This document shows, piece by piece, positions 12,299 through 25,658 of a DNA stretch of 64,000 nucleotides (the stretch's first letter is position 1; each line of letters begins with the position of its first letter). Location of the stretch: assembly GCA_963514005.1 (NCBI GenBank), contig OY740794.1, forward strand, positions 46,872,001-46,936,000, read 5' to 3'. This DNA is from Raja brachyura (taxonomy: Eukaryota). Below the pieces are notes generated by a model. It saw only the letters and a program-made list of their open reading frames with translations. It made no database searches and was not told the origin of the DNA. Made by a program: the position numbers and the translations under genes.

Positions 12299-14468
12299 CT
12301 TTAGGGAACGAGGGTTTCCCTCGTCCATTATAGATGAGGTTTTCACTAGGGTCTCATCGATATCTTGCAGCTCTGTTCTTGCTCCCCCTACCCCCCCCCC
12401 CCCCCCATTCGTAACGAGGACAGAGTCCCCCTTGTCCTCACCTTCCACCCCATCCACTCTTTAGATTCTGGAGTAGTTCCTGAGGATTGGAGGGTAGCTA
12501 ATGTAACCCCACTTTTTAAAAAGGGAGGGAGAGAGAAAATGGGGAATTACTGACCTGTTAGTCTAACATCGGTAGTGGGGAAACTGCTAGAGTCAGTTAT
12601 TAAAGATGGGATAGCAGCACATTTGGAAAGTGGTGAAATCATTGGACAGTCAGCATGGATTTACAAAAGGTAAATCATGTCTGACGAATCTTATAGAATT
12701 TTTCGAGGATGTAACCAGTAGAGTGGATAAGGGAGAACCAGTGGATGTGTTACATCTGGACCTTCAGAAGGCTTTCGACAAGGTCCCACATAAGAGATTA
12801 GTATACAAACTTAAAGCACACTGTATTGGTGGTTCAGTATTGATGTGGATAGAGAACTGGCTGGCAGACAGGAAGCAAAGAGTAGGAGTAAACGGGTCCT
12901 TTTCAGAATGGCAGGCAGTGACTAGTGGGGTACCGCAAGGCTCAGTGCTGGGACCCCAGCAATTTACAATATATATTAATGATTTGGACGAGGGAATTGA
13001 ATCCAACATCTCCAGGTTTGCGGATGACACGAAGCTGGGGGGCAGTGTTAGCTGTGAGGAGAATGCTAGGAGGCTGCAAGGTGACTTGGATAGGCTGGGT
13101 GAGTGGGCAAATGCCTGGCAGATGCAGTATAATGTAGATAAATGTGAGGTTATCCACTTTGGTGGCAAAAACAGGAAAGTAGACTATTATCTGAATGGTG
13201 GCCGATTAGGAAAGGGGAAGATTCGACGAGACCTGGATGTCATGGTACACCAGTCATTGAAAGTAGGCACGAAGGTGCAGCAGGCAGTGAAGAAAGCAAA
13301 TGGTATGTTAGCATTCATAGCAAAAAGGATTTGAGTATAGGAGCAGGGAGGTTCTACTGCAGGTGTACAGGGTCTTGGTGAGACCACACCTGGAGTATTA
13401 CACACAGTTTTGGTCTCCAAATCTGAGGAAAGACATTCTTGCCATAGAGGGAGTACAGAGAAGGTTCACCAGACTGATTCCTGGGATGTCAGGACTTTCA
13501 TATGAAGAAAGACTGGATAGACTCGGATTGTACTCGCTAGAATTTAGAAGATTGAGGGGGGGATCTTATAGAAACATACAAAATTCTTAAGGGGTTGGAC
13601 AGGTTAGATGCAGGAAGATTGTTCCTGATGTTAGGGCAGTCCAGAACAAGGGGTCACAGTTTAAGGATAAGGGGGAAATCTTTTAGGACCGAGATGAGAA
13701 AAACATTTTTCACACAGAGAGTGGTGAGTTTCTGGAATTCTCTGCCACAGAAGGTAGTTGAGGCCAGTTCCTTGGCTATATTTAAGAGGGAGTTAGATGT
13801 GGCCATTGTGGCTAGAAGGATCAGGGGCTATGGAGAGAAGGTAGGTATGGGATACTGAGTTGGATGATCAGCCATGATCATATTGAATGGCAGTGCAGGC
13901 TCGAAGGGCCGAATGGCCAATTCCTGCACCTATTTTCTATGCTTCTATGTTTCTATCAGCCATCCCATACAGCATATAAATCCTCTGACATTTTCAGCAC
14001 CTCCAAAAGAACCCCACCCCTTTCTGCTTTCCGTAGAGACCGTTCCCTCTGCAATTCCCTGGTCAACTCGTCCCTTCCCACCCAAAACACCCCCACCCCA
14101 AGTACTTTCCCCTGCAACCACAGGAGATGCAACACCTGACCCTTTTTTTAAACTCTGCCCCCTCGACTCTGCCCAAGGACCCCAACAGTCTTTTCAGGTG
14201 AGGCAGAGGTTCATCTGCACTTCCTTCAACCTCATCTACTGTATCCACTGTTCCAGGTGTCAATTCCGAGACCAAGCGCAGGCTCAGCGATCGTTTCGCC
14301 GAACACCACCGCTCAGTCCACCTAAACATACCTGATCTCCTGGTTACATAGCACTTTAACACCCCCTCCCATTCCCAATCTGACCTTTCTCTTCTGGGCC
14401 TCCTCCATGGTCAGAGTGAGGCCCAGCGTAAATTAGAGGAACAGCACCTCATAATTCACTTGGGCGGT
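12299..14468 (+). mobile_element. Penelope-like element interrupted by a CR1
   Basis: DRVPLVLTFHP before the CR1. PLSAFRRDRSLCNSLV, TFPCNHRRCNT and QRFICTSFNLIYCIHCSRC after it. Confidence 0.8.
12455..13954 (+). mobile_element. CR1 LINE, 5'-truncated, RT domain
   Basis: PEDWRVANVTPLFKKG, QHGFTKGKSCLTNL, KAFDKVPH, GVPQGSVLGP and FADDTKL, with stops and frameshifts. CR1 tail at 13930-13954. Confidence 0.95.
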
Positions 14469-14499
14469 GAATACTGCCCAGACATCCTGTCATCGAAGA

Positions 14500-14740
14500 G
14501 ATAAACAGGAGTCGCTGCCTCAAAAAGGCAGTCAGCATCAGAAGAGACCCACACCACCCTGGCCACACTCTCATTTCACTCCTGCCATCAGGAAGAAAGT
14601 ATAGGTGCCTGAAAACTGTAACTTCCACATTCAGGAGCAATTTCTTCCCTACAACCATCAGACTATTAAACACTACAACATTTAAATAAGCTCTGAACTA
14701 TATAGACTTTGGGGCATTGTTTTTAGCTTTTCACTATTAT
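14500..14740 (+). mobile_element. Rex1/Babar-like LINE 3' fragment
   Basis: GACCCACACCACCCTGGCCACACTCTCATTTCACTCCTGCCATCAGGAAGAA translates to DPHHPGHTLISLLPSGR. Confidence 0.65.
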
Positions 14741-14943
14741 ATATGTGTATATAACGGATCAATAATGGAAATCATTTTCCCCTCTCTTTAAGTTATTTAA
14801 AGCTTCCCAGGTGCTGCCCCAGTTTAGATCAACTAACAGAATACAAGCTTAGTTTGGAATTATTTTATCAGTGAAATTCGATCTAAGCGTTGAAGTTCTG
14901 TAAACAATAAAAGGTCCTTATTTAACATTTGTCCATTTTTCAG

Positions 14944-15016
14944 GCAGGAGGAAGTTCAGGACTTCTGATGGACCTTGCAGCTAATGAAAAAGCAGTCCAT
15001 GCAGATTTCTTTAATG
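14944..15016 (+). CDS. COPS9: COP9 signalosome subunit 9, coding exon 2
   Basis: TTTTTCAG acceptor, [24 protein letters not shown] plus one G, GTGGGT donor (phase 1). Confidence 0.97.
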
Positions 15017-16493
15017 GTGGGTAATCTTTTCATAATTTTTTTTGCACCATTTTCTGGTCCATTTATTTATTGTGAACTTATTGTGGCTGATTGAGTATTC
15101 TGCTTTAATTGTCATTTCCAAACTTGCCCATTTATCATTTCACTTTAAACATCTTATGTGTTTCCTCTGACGCCCATGTTATCTGGGTTATATCATGATT
15201 ACACAATGCAGTCTGGTTATTTTTTTAAACTCTTTCTTAAACTAATATTTTGGAGAATCTCCTCCACATTTTGCACCAAATCTTCAGTTGCAAAGCTCAT
15301 TATAGTCACACATATTGCTTTCTCAAGTTATATGAAATGCTGAGGGATTTTCAGCTTCTGTATGACAATATTCAGAAAATAGTGTACTTGCAATACCTCA
15401 GGCAGTACACAAATTGCTATGTTCAAAGATTCAAAGTAAATGCAAAGATTACTGATGAAAGTAATCTTCCCTCTTTCTACAATAAATTGTAGTGTTTCGG
15501 TATCTGGCACCATAGCGCAGTAAAGAAAGGAGATAAACATTTAAAAATCTCTAAGAATTTTGTTTCCATATTTTATCTTTGGCTTTTCTAGCTTATTATT
15601 GGAATTCCATATTAAAAAATTCAGTGTATTCTATTTTAGCATGCTAATTTAGTATTGTATTGATGTGTATGTCACACAGAAATGAATGTGGCGAACTTTA
15701 AACTTAGTTAAGATCTCAACCACTTAAGTAGGAATTTTACTGTTCTGTTGTCGGGGCTAGTGGTATGGGGAGAAGGGAGGCACGGGTTATTGATTGGGGA
15801 CGATCAGCCATGATCACAATGAATGGCGGTGCTGGCTCGAAGGGCCGAATGGCCTCCTGCACCTATTTTCTATGTTTCTATATGACAATTAAATACTCTT
15901 GACACATTTGATACAAGACCTCCGTCGTAAACATTCAACAGTTCTAGGAACAAAGGATCAGAATTAGCTGCAGTAGCAAACCAGTAGCACCTTTGGCGAC
16001 TTTATGGAGCGGTTGTCTCAGAGATCTAATGATTTGTGGTAAGCGTCCCTTCTTAAATGGCTGTTGGTGTTTGCAACAAGATACTCTTCCTGCAGATATA
16101 TTTTATTTCTCTTCCGCTATTTGTTTTAATCTGAAAAGCAACATATGCATAGGTAAGAATATAAAGTGGAGCACCAAAGGTTTTGAAGGACAACAGCATG
16201 CAATTTACTGCACTATTTGTCTGCAGCTTTACCAGGCTTGCTCTCCAAAGTATCCCAGCTAGTCTTTTTCTTACCTTGGATCTATTTTGGACTAATATAA
16301 AGGAATATGGCCAACTGCAAAAAAATGCATTTACCATTGTTTACACATTAGGAGTGCTATTTTTTTAAAAATTTCCAGTCTGGTCAATGGAATTTAATTT
16401 TCATCTTCTTTTACTCCACATGATTCTTTTGAGGAGAAAATAATTATACTCCTGTGGAAGAAACACCCAGTGAGACAATTTCTCACTGCCTTC

Positions 16494-17051
16494 ATGACCA
16501 CATCTGGAGTACTGTGTACAGTTTTGGTCTCCTAATTTGAGGAAGGACATCCTTGTGATTGAGGCAGAGCAGCGTAGGTTGACGAGATTGATCCCTGGGA
16601 TGGCGGGACCGTCATATGAGGAAAGATTGAAAAGACTAGGCTTGTATTCACTGGAATTTAGAAGGATGGGGGGGGGATCTTATAGAAACATATAAAATTA
16701 TAAAAGGACTGGACAAGCTAGATGCAGGAAAAATGTTCCCAATGTTGGGTGAGTCCAGAACCAGGGGCCACAGTCTTAGAATAAAGGGGAGGTCATTTAA
16801 GACTGAGCTGAGAAAAAACTTTTTTACCCAGAGAGTTGTGAATTTATGGAATTCCCTGCCACAGAGGGCAGTGGAGGCCAAATCACTGGATGGATTTCAG
16901 AGAGAGTTGGATAGAGCTCTAGGGGCTAGCGGAATCAAGGGATATGGGGAGAAGGCAGGCACAGGTTATTGATAGCGGACGATCAGCCATTATCATATTG
17001 AATCGAAGGGCCGAACGGCCTCCTCCTGCACCTATTTTCTATGTTTCTATG
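16494..17051 (+). mobile_element. CR1 LINE 3' fragment in COPS9 intron 2
   Basis: [36 protein letters not shown] and a TTTCTATG tail. Confidence 0.9.
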
Positions 17052-18158
17052 ACTTGGGAGTGTTTGATTGATATTGGTGTTGTTCACAGCTAGAGGGCAG
17101 ATGATGCTAGTTGAACTGTTAGGTGAACAGTGAGGTATTTATGCACTGCTGTTGTTATCAAAGTCTCATCTAAATTGCAAATGTTTATTATAATTGTAGT
17201 TTTAAAATGTATAAATTTTACTGAATTTGTCAGGTGAACTTGTTTATGATTTCAGTCACCTTCGTGTCCTGTGCTATGGTGCCAGTTACGGAAACACTAC
17301 GATTTATTGTAGAAACAAGGAATTGCTTATGCAGGTCTACTGAGCAAAGACAAACGCTAGAGTAACTCATCGGGTCAGGTCAGCATGGATAGATGACGTT
17401 TTGGGTCTGGACCCTTCAGTTTAAAGGTCGAGACCCAAAATCTCATCTACCCATGTTCTCCAGGGATGCTGTTTGACCCACTGTGTTACTGGAGCATTTT
17501 GTGTCTTTACTATGATTTATTGTTTAGATTTATAAAGAAATTGACATTGAATTATCCAATTTGAAGCAATCACTCCCTCCTCCCTCGCTCCTTCCTGTGC
17601 CCTCCCCACCAACCCAGTGCTTACCCATTTCTAGCACTATCCTGCCCAGTCAGCCTGCACCGTTCCCATCCATCATCTCACGTCTGTCATTTCCCCTTTC
17701 CTTTCCAGCTATAACACTCCCTCTGGCTTTACATTTCACTCTTCTTACCTGATACCATTTTGTCTCCTTTTCATTTCCAGCTTTTGTCACTTACTGTCAC
17801 CTGCCAAACTCCCCTTACCTGCATCTACCTATCACTTGCCAGACTTTGTCTCATTCCCACTTCTCTTTTCCTCTCCCACAATAGAACTGAAGGAGGGTCC
17901 TGATTTGAAACGTCACTTGCCATTGCTGCCCCCCCCCCCCCCCCCCCGATGCTGTGTGACCCACTGAGTTACTCCATCGCTGTTTTTTCTCCCTTGTGTT
18001 GAATGTTTAAATTTGGGAGGAGGTAGAAGGAAATTAGCCTTTCTCATTTTCAACAGATTGGTTGAGTATGTGTAAATGACAGGAAGTAAAGGCAAAGAAA
18101 GTAGCAGAAAGAAATGAATTATTTCAGGGTAATTAATTATGCATTGTTTACACTTTAG

Positions 18159-18196
18159 ATTTTGAAGACCTCTTTGATGACGATGATATTCAGTAA
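18159..18196 (+). CDS. COPS9: COP9 signalosome subunit 9, coding exon 3
   Basis: CTTTAG acceptor, (D)FEDLFDDDDIQ*. Exon lengths 63+73+38=174 nt give 57 aa plus stop. Candidate ATTAAA polyA signal at 18344-18349. Confidence 0.97.
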
Positions 18197-18618
18197 TTTG
18201 GTCTCTTCATTCAAACCTCAAATGTGGAAGAGGAAAGAAGATGGACAATACTGTAGCATATTCAAAACATCTTGTGTTTGTTAAACAGCCTGTTTTATAA
18301 ATATGGATTTGATCACTCATTTTTGTTTTAAAGTGTACTTTTTATTAAATTAATAACTTTTTTTGTAAAATATACTTGTAAAACTGTAGTTTTTTTCCTT
18401 TCAACAGCCAACAAATATGCGATAGCATTGAAGGACGCATGTTGGGGTACATAGTTTAATCAAATCATTGTAAATACTTTGTTCCACTGTTTAGAAACTA
18501 CTTAGCAATTTTTGAGCGAAGATTTATGTTGTTAGGATATATTTTGTTCATTGGTGATAACGTTGCAGAGCTGTGAAGTGTATTAAACTCTCCTCTGGCT
18601 TCCAGTTTTTATTCCTGA

Positions 18619-19562
18619 CTAGACTAAGTGGGACCCAGTCCCTGTCACATGGGAGGCCTGGTCCCCCAACGCAATATTCCACCCGTTCCCCCAATGCAAC
18701 CAGTCCCCCCAATGCAATAGTGCGCCACTCACGCATAGCCCCCAACTGCGCAGGCATGGCTCATTTCCCCTCATCCCCAGTACTCCCTCCCCCTCCTCTT
18801 CACTCTCCTTCTTTCCCCTCTCCTCTTCCCCTCCCCAATCCCTCCTTCTCCTTTCCCCTACCCTTAGTCACTCCCTCCCTAACTCCCTCCATAACTCCTC
18901 TTCCCTCCCTACCCCCTCCTTTCCCTCTATCCCCCACTCCACACCTCCTCTATCCCCCCCACTATCCTTCCTGATTTTCCCCCACTGCCCTCTATTCCGC
19001 ACCCTACCTCCCCCAACCCCCCCCCTCTATTCCCCCTCCTCCCCCCATCTCCCTCCCTACCCCTTCCTCTCCCTCAATCCCCCCACTCTCCCTTCTCACC
19101 TTCTCAGGATCTTTCCCATATCCTCCTCCCCTCCCACCCTCCCCCAATCCCTCCCTCACCTCTCCCTCCCTGTCCTTTCCCCTACCCTCAGTCACTTCCT
19201 CCCTCCATCAATAAAAATCACCTTCTGCAGTTCCTTCCTCCACAGGCCATTCATTGTTAACTGTGGTTTAGATCTAGCTGACTTGGCAATTGGACCAGTT
19301 TGCATCGTGTGTGTGAGTTACTCAAACTCCACGTAAACTGCTCATCCTTAACCCCGACTCTCACTCCCTCCCTCTGTCCAATCCAGCTCAGCCATCGCTC
19401 GGCCCGTCCCTGTGCTTTCCGACCATCGCTGCTACTGCTTGGCCCGTCCCCGCCCTGCCTGCCTGCTCGCTGCCGACGCCGTGCCGTGGGGGGGGGAGGG
19501 GGGGTGGGATGGAGTCGGTGTTCGTCACGGTGATTATAACCATATATATCAGTAAAGATAGA
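18619..19562 (-). mobile_element. Non-autonomous Helitron
   Basis: Minus strand begins TCTATC and ends GGGACTGGGTCCCACTTAGTCTAG (hairpin plus CTAG). Sits between host A (18618) and T (19563) with no TSD. Confidence 0.75.
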
Positions 19563-19894
19563 TTTCAACCTTTTTCCCAATGATAGATGTAACTAATTAA
19601 CACACAGATTCCTACTTTCTGCCTCTCCTTTCTTGAATCAGTCATTATATTTGTGGATTTTCTATCCAGAAAATGTTCGAAGGAATAATGCCCACAAAGT
19701 TTTAATGATAAACATGGTTCTTATTTTAAACATTTATACTGTTCCTGCTGACTTGCATTTCATGTCCACAGTGAGGTTATAAATCTCAAGTTTTCCCAAT
19801 GGTGAAAGGTCTGCCTGCTTCCTACTTTTCTCTGGAAAGTAGGAGATGTATATTAGGTAGTTTACTTGTTATTGAGCAAAAAAAAACTATTATG

Positions 19895-20502
19895 GTGGGG
19901 TTCACCAAGGCCAGATGGAAAATTAGGTTGAAAGGTAAGACGGTCGATGAACAGTGAATGGCATTTAAGGAAATATTTAATAATTCTCAAGAAAGGTATT
20001 TTCCATTGAAGTATAAGGACTCTGCAAGGTCCATCTGAGGCTTACTAAGGAAATTAAGGATGGTATCATTAAAAGAAAAGCCATTGAATGAAGCATTTAT
20101 TAGTGGAAAGCCAGAAGACTAGGAACATTTTAGAAACCATCAAAGAATGGCTAAAATAATAATTAGAGTAAGTCGTTTAAGAAGGTAAACCAGCTAAATA
20201 TATCAAATCAGATGCTTAGGGCGTTAATAATGTATAAACAAGAAGATGGGGACAAGAGTTAGTGCTTGTCCTTTAGAAGATGAGGTGACGAATTAATAAT
20301 GGGAAATAGAATACTTAACAAGTATTTTAAACCTGCCATCAGCTCAAGTACAAATTATAGTAATAAAAAAACAGGGTGAAGGGAAGACAAGAATTTAGGA
20401 CAATGAACAGCACTAGTGAAAAGGTTTCAGGTTAACTAATGGGATTAAGAGCTGAGAGGACACCTAGACCTGAAGGCCCACATCCCAGGGTCCTAAAATA
20501 GG
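19895..20502 (+). mobile_element. Old, degraded CR1 internal fragment
   Basis: Decayed similarity to the pre-RT region of the CR1 at 58759-59497 (AATAATGGGAAAT.., GACCTGAAGGCCCACATCCCAGGGTCCTAAA corresponding to PGPDxLHPRVLK). Confidence 0.6.
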
Positions 20503-21206
20503 TGTTAAAGAAGGAACTGCAGATGCTCGAGAATCGAGGGTTACACAAAAAGCTGGAGAAACTCAGCAGGTGCAGCAGCATCTAAGGAGCGAAGGAGATA
20601 GGCGACGTTTCGGGTTGAGACCCTTCTATCAGACTGGTCAGGGATCAGAGAAACGAGAGATAGGAAGACACCTAAAATAGGTGTCTTTAGTAATAGCGAA
20701 TGCATAGGTCATGATAAGTCAAAGTTCTCTGGTCCTCATGAAAAGCAAATCAACAGGAACATGTTCATAGGTTATAGGAGCAGAATTAGGCCATTTCAAT
20801 CATGGCTGATCTATCTTTCCCTCTCAACCCCATTATCCTGCCTTCTCCCCACACCCTTGCTAATCAAGAATCCCAATCCACGTCTTCTTTGATCTGTCCT
20901 TGTCACACCTTGGATGCTCTTTGTGCCCTTCCATCTCTCTAGTGACCCTCTCCCCTAACTCTGTTTGAATGGTTCTTTATGTCACGTATGCACTGCATAA
21001 TGAAATTCTTGCACCCGTCGCCACATTTTGATGCCAAAGGGAGTGTCGCCCAACGTGGACCCACGACACTGAAATTAAGAGTCTCATGCTCTATTGTCTG
21101 AGCTAGCTGGGCAATCAAGGATTTCGACCCGAAATGTCACCTATTCCTTCTCTCCTGTCCCACTGAGTTCCTCCAGCATTTTGTGTCTGTCTTCCTTGAA
21201 AATACC

Positions 21207-23877
21207 TGGACATGCCACCATTGCGTGAACAACTCCACCAAACGGGGTGGTGGCAGCTCGTCGAGAGACATGGAGAATCAGAGACAGTCAGACAGTCATG
21301 GGAGCGCATTCAAGAATTCCAACGAAAGACTCATGCTTGAACTGAGATATGATTATGAAGGTACGCACAGACATGGATAACACAGTGGCTTCCGCCACAA
21401 TATGTTAGAATACTGAGTTCTTATGGAATCTTGTTTATAAAGTTTCGAATTTAAAGTTTATAATTATGTATATAGATATGTATATTCATAGACAAATCTG
21501 TTTATAAGCCTGGTTCTAAAAATATCACCAAGCATCACAGACCTCATGTGAGTGTAATTAATGTTGATTTAATACAACTTTCTGTACCAGATAAATCCGA
21601 CTGTTAGGGAGATTAGTGAAATATTAGAGCTAGAATGAATGGAGGGACCCATAGAGGGTTACCCCCCTTATCTAGGAGAGGGCCCTTTCTTAGTGTTAGG
21701 CTTCCCCCCTCAATTTACAAAGGGATTCTGGATCTATGGAGGAGAGAGAATACCCTTTTTTGGGAGTCCATATATGTTTTGATGTTTTGTTTTGCCAGGT
21801 AAAACACCTTTGTTTGTTCATATGTTTTGGTTTTGTGTTCAGAATGGTTCCGGTGTTGAGTTGAGGGGATACAGTGAAATCAATCACACCAAGTGTAATG
21901 ATGCAATGTCAAGGACTTAAGCTGATGTCTCTAAATGTTAATGGTTTGGGTAATCCAATTAAGAGGGCTAAAGTCATGACTAAATTGAAAAAAGTGAAGA
22001 TGCATATTATTTTCTTACAAAAAACCCATTTATCGCGAAGTAAACAGCTCATTTCCAAGGATGATGGGAATCATAGATAAATTTAATTTTTATGCAGGAT
22101 ATAAAGTGAATATTTCAAAAACTCAAATCCTATTTAATTGTCCTCCAGAAGAAATCAAACAAAAGTATAATATTAAATGGGATTCAAAATCAATCAAATA
22201 CCTAGGGGTACATATAACAAAAAATATATCAATGTTGTATGGGGCCAATTATAATCACATCAACCAAACCATATGAAAGGATATAGAAAGATGGTCCACC
22301 TACCCAATGGATTTTGTGGTGAATGTGGTGAAAATGAATATTTTGTCAAGGCTATTGTACTTGTTTCAATCTCTGCCAATAGAGGTACCATTAAAACAAT
22401 TCATGGAATGGGATAAATTAATATCTAGATTTACTTGGCAAGGAAAGAAGGCCAGAATTCGATACACTACACTCCAGTTGTCAAAGGACAAAGGTGGAAT
22501 GGCACTTCCACATTTTAGGATATATTTCTATGCAGCCCAACTTCGACCACTAATTAAATGGTGTGAGGACAGCTATATGGCTATGAGGAAAGAGATTGAG
22601 ACATATATCCCTGACTTCCACATCCAAACACTTTTGGGAGAAGAAGCGCTTCCTGGACATATCAGGAGTATAATCGATCCAGTAACAATATTTACTTTAT
22701 AAACCTGGTTCACTCTTACCAGACAACTTAAAACTTCTTGTCGTTTATTCAGTTTAAGATGGATAGCTTTGGATAATGAATTTAAACCAGGGATGTATGA
22801 CTCAACATTTAAAGAGTGGATGAAGAAAGGAATGACTGCATTTTGTACTGTTATTGAAAATGGAGACCTAAGAAGTTTTCAAGATTTGAAGGATAGATTT
22901 GCACTTCGGAACCAAGACTTCTTTAGATACCTCCAACTGAGAGATTATTACAATAAAAATGTAAAAAGGGAGGCACTAGAAGAAAAGATCCAATGATAGA
23001 AGTGATAGTTAATGCGCATCATCAAAAAACATTAAGGATTATTTCTAAACTTTATCATAGTTTAATAGAATGTCAAGCTAAAACTGCATTTTATGTAAAA
23101 TTTAAGTGGGAAAAGGAATTGAATATTACAATCTCAGAAGAAGAATGGCATCATATGTGTGTAACACTACAGACATCCACTAATTCACAAAATTGGAGAG
23201 AATTTAATTGGAAAAAATTGATTTGTTTCTTTATTACGCCTAACATAAAAAGCAAGCAAATTCTAAGGCAGCAAACATGCTGGAGGCATGCAATGTGGTC
23301 AAACAGACGCAAATCATGAACATATCTTCTGGAGTTGCCCAAAAATTGAACCATTTTGGGACAGAGTGAATTCAGAATTAACGGAGGTATTGGGATATAT
23401 AGTCTCCAAGAAGTGTTCCATTTTATACCTGGGTAATATAAATACAGTGATGCTGAAGGAAGACCATTACTTGGTTAAAATCCTACTCACAGCTGGCAGA
23501 AAGACCATTACAAGAAACTGGCTTGCAGTGGACACACCCAGACTTAGACAATGGATAGACATAGTACAGGAAATATTTGTCATGGAGAAAATGACATATT
23601 CTCTAAGAGTGAAAGAAGATGAGTTTAACAGAAAATGGGAAAAATGGATTAGGTATAGAAATAAAGACACCAACACTGTATAATTGTATTGACAATAATG
23701 TCCATTATTGGAAAATGTTCTAATATGAAAATAGTTCTGTGTACTGCATCATTAACTGTAAACTGAGCCCCCCACTACACTGTTGTACGTTTCATTGCAT
23801 TGTTGTATGTTTTGTTGTTATATTTGTGTTTTATTTGTGTATACATAAAAGCAATAAAAACTACGGTGGAAAAAAAA
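21207..23877 (+). mobile_element. L1-clade LINE, 5'-truncated and internally deleted
   Basis: ORF1-like C-terminus, then ORF2 APE start (SLNVNGL..IFLQKTHL) joined to the RT end (GYKVNISKT, IKYLGVHI), CCHC knuckle (CG..HIFWSCPK), AATAAA and A tail. TSD GAAAATACC at 21198-21206 and 23878-23886. Confidence 0.9.
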
Positions 23878-25658
23878 GAAAATACCCAATGAATGGCCTG
23901 TCGCCATGTAGTATTAACTTTCAAATAAGTAAGTTTATCTTGAAGAACTACCTAAAAATATGAATAGGTAATATTTTTGAACTAAAAATAAATGAATGTT
24001 TTCTGAAAATTAATGATGCTTTCAACTTCTACTTGCTATACAGAACACATTTTACATGTCTGCCACAGCAGTGTAGCTGCCCAGTTGTTTTAATTATTTC
24101 TCCATCAGAATCACAAGCCAAATTGTTTGACTGTAAACAGTAACAAATTAAAGTTTTACTTCCCCCCACACTCCCACACATATAATTTGGAACAGCTTCA
24201 GTTATTTTTTTACAACATTCCAGTTTGTTGGATATAAATCCAGTGATTTAATTATTTGCACATTTTCTAATGGTTTATCTTTTTTTTAAATAATATGCTG
24301 CTGATATAAACACATTGTGAACCACGTTACATGTTCAATTAAATAGGAACAATGTTTCTTAAATCTTTTGGGTGATTACATGATAATTTAATTACAATAA
24401 CAAGCAAGAGTGAATTAATTGTACATTGGATTGTAACCTTGAAGAGTAGTCTTCAATTACTGTGGCTCTGTTATTGCCCAATAGAAAACAAATATTACCA
24501 ACCAGTATGTTCAGTACTGTAACATACCCACAGACTGAGAAGATACCACATTCAAAAATATGGATTGTAGCACAACAGTTTTTTTTTCTGGAGAACTTAC
24601 TATTGCTGATTGTATTGAGTAGATATAATAAGGGGTAAGGTGGTGCAGTGCTGAATGGGGGAACTGAAAGAGAATTGTGCCAATCTGCCTTGCCTCTAAG
24701 CATTGTATAATGTAGAATGACATATCTGATCACCAGAGTCTTCACAATAAGATGTGTATAGGAAAAAAGGATAAAGAAAATAATTGAAGATAATTAGAGT
24801 GAAACTTATTGTAAAACAAAACTTTCATTGAGCACTAGTAAACACTTGTCAACATTTTCAGGATTCAAAATATTCATTTGAGCATCCAAAAACAATTTAT
24901 TTTAGAAAGCAACACAAAGGCATAAATATTTTTTAAACTATTGGAGCATAGAATATTTGTCGTTTGTGTTTGGAAGTGCTTGCAGTTTGTATTAATACCT
25001 TGTGTTACCTGATCATGGAACTGTCTCCTTGACTCCAACTATAAGGGACGATTGCAATTAAAAGTCTGTAACATCAATGATGTACTCAATAAGCTATGTT
25101 CAAAATTTGCAGAATGCCTTTATAGATGACAGCAAATTGGGATGACAAATCTCACTGCGCTTTACAGAGTTCATAGTAACATCATTTTAGGTGTTGTGCA
25201 AAGAAATGGAGTTAAGGAAAATTTGCAAAGCTCAAAAACATATAATTAATTTAGGAGCTATCATTCATTTTTAAGTAATTATCCAATTCTGATTTCTGTA
25301 TTATTTAAATGTATTTGATTTAGGAGCAAAATTTGGTCATCTGAAATTAAATTAAATCCACTGTAAAGTAACACTGAGCCATTGAGCAATTGAAGTAAAA
25401 GACAAACTTTTTGACTTGTAAGTCTTCATCAGAAATCCTTAATTTAATAAAGCATTTTTAATCAAACTAATCACGTTATCTCAAATTTTGCTTAAATGCT
25501 GATTAATCTGATTCATTGCTTACACTGTAGGCTTTGTTCTGTTCTTATTTTTACCTTGAATCTCCCACCTTGTTGTGCCAATGTAACAGATGAACCATCA
25601 TCAGAATGGTTGAGGAGTGTGCTATTGTGTGCATGAATTGGCCCAGAACAACTATCTA

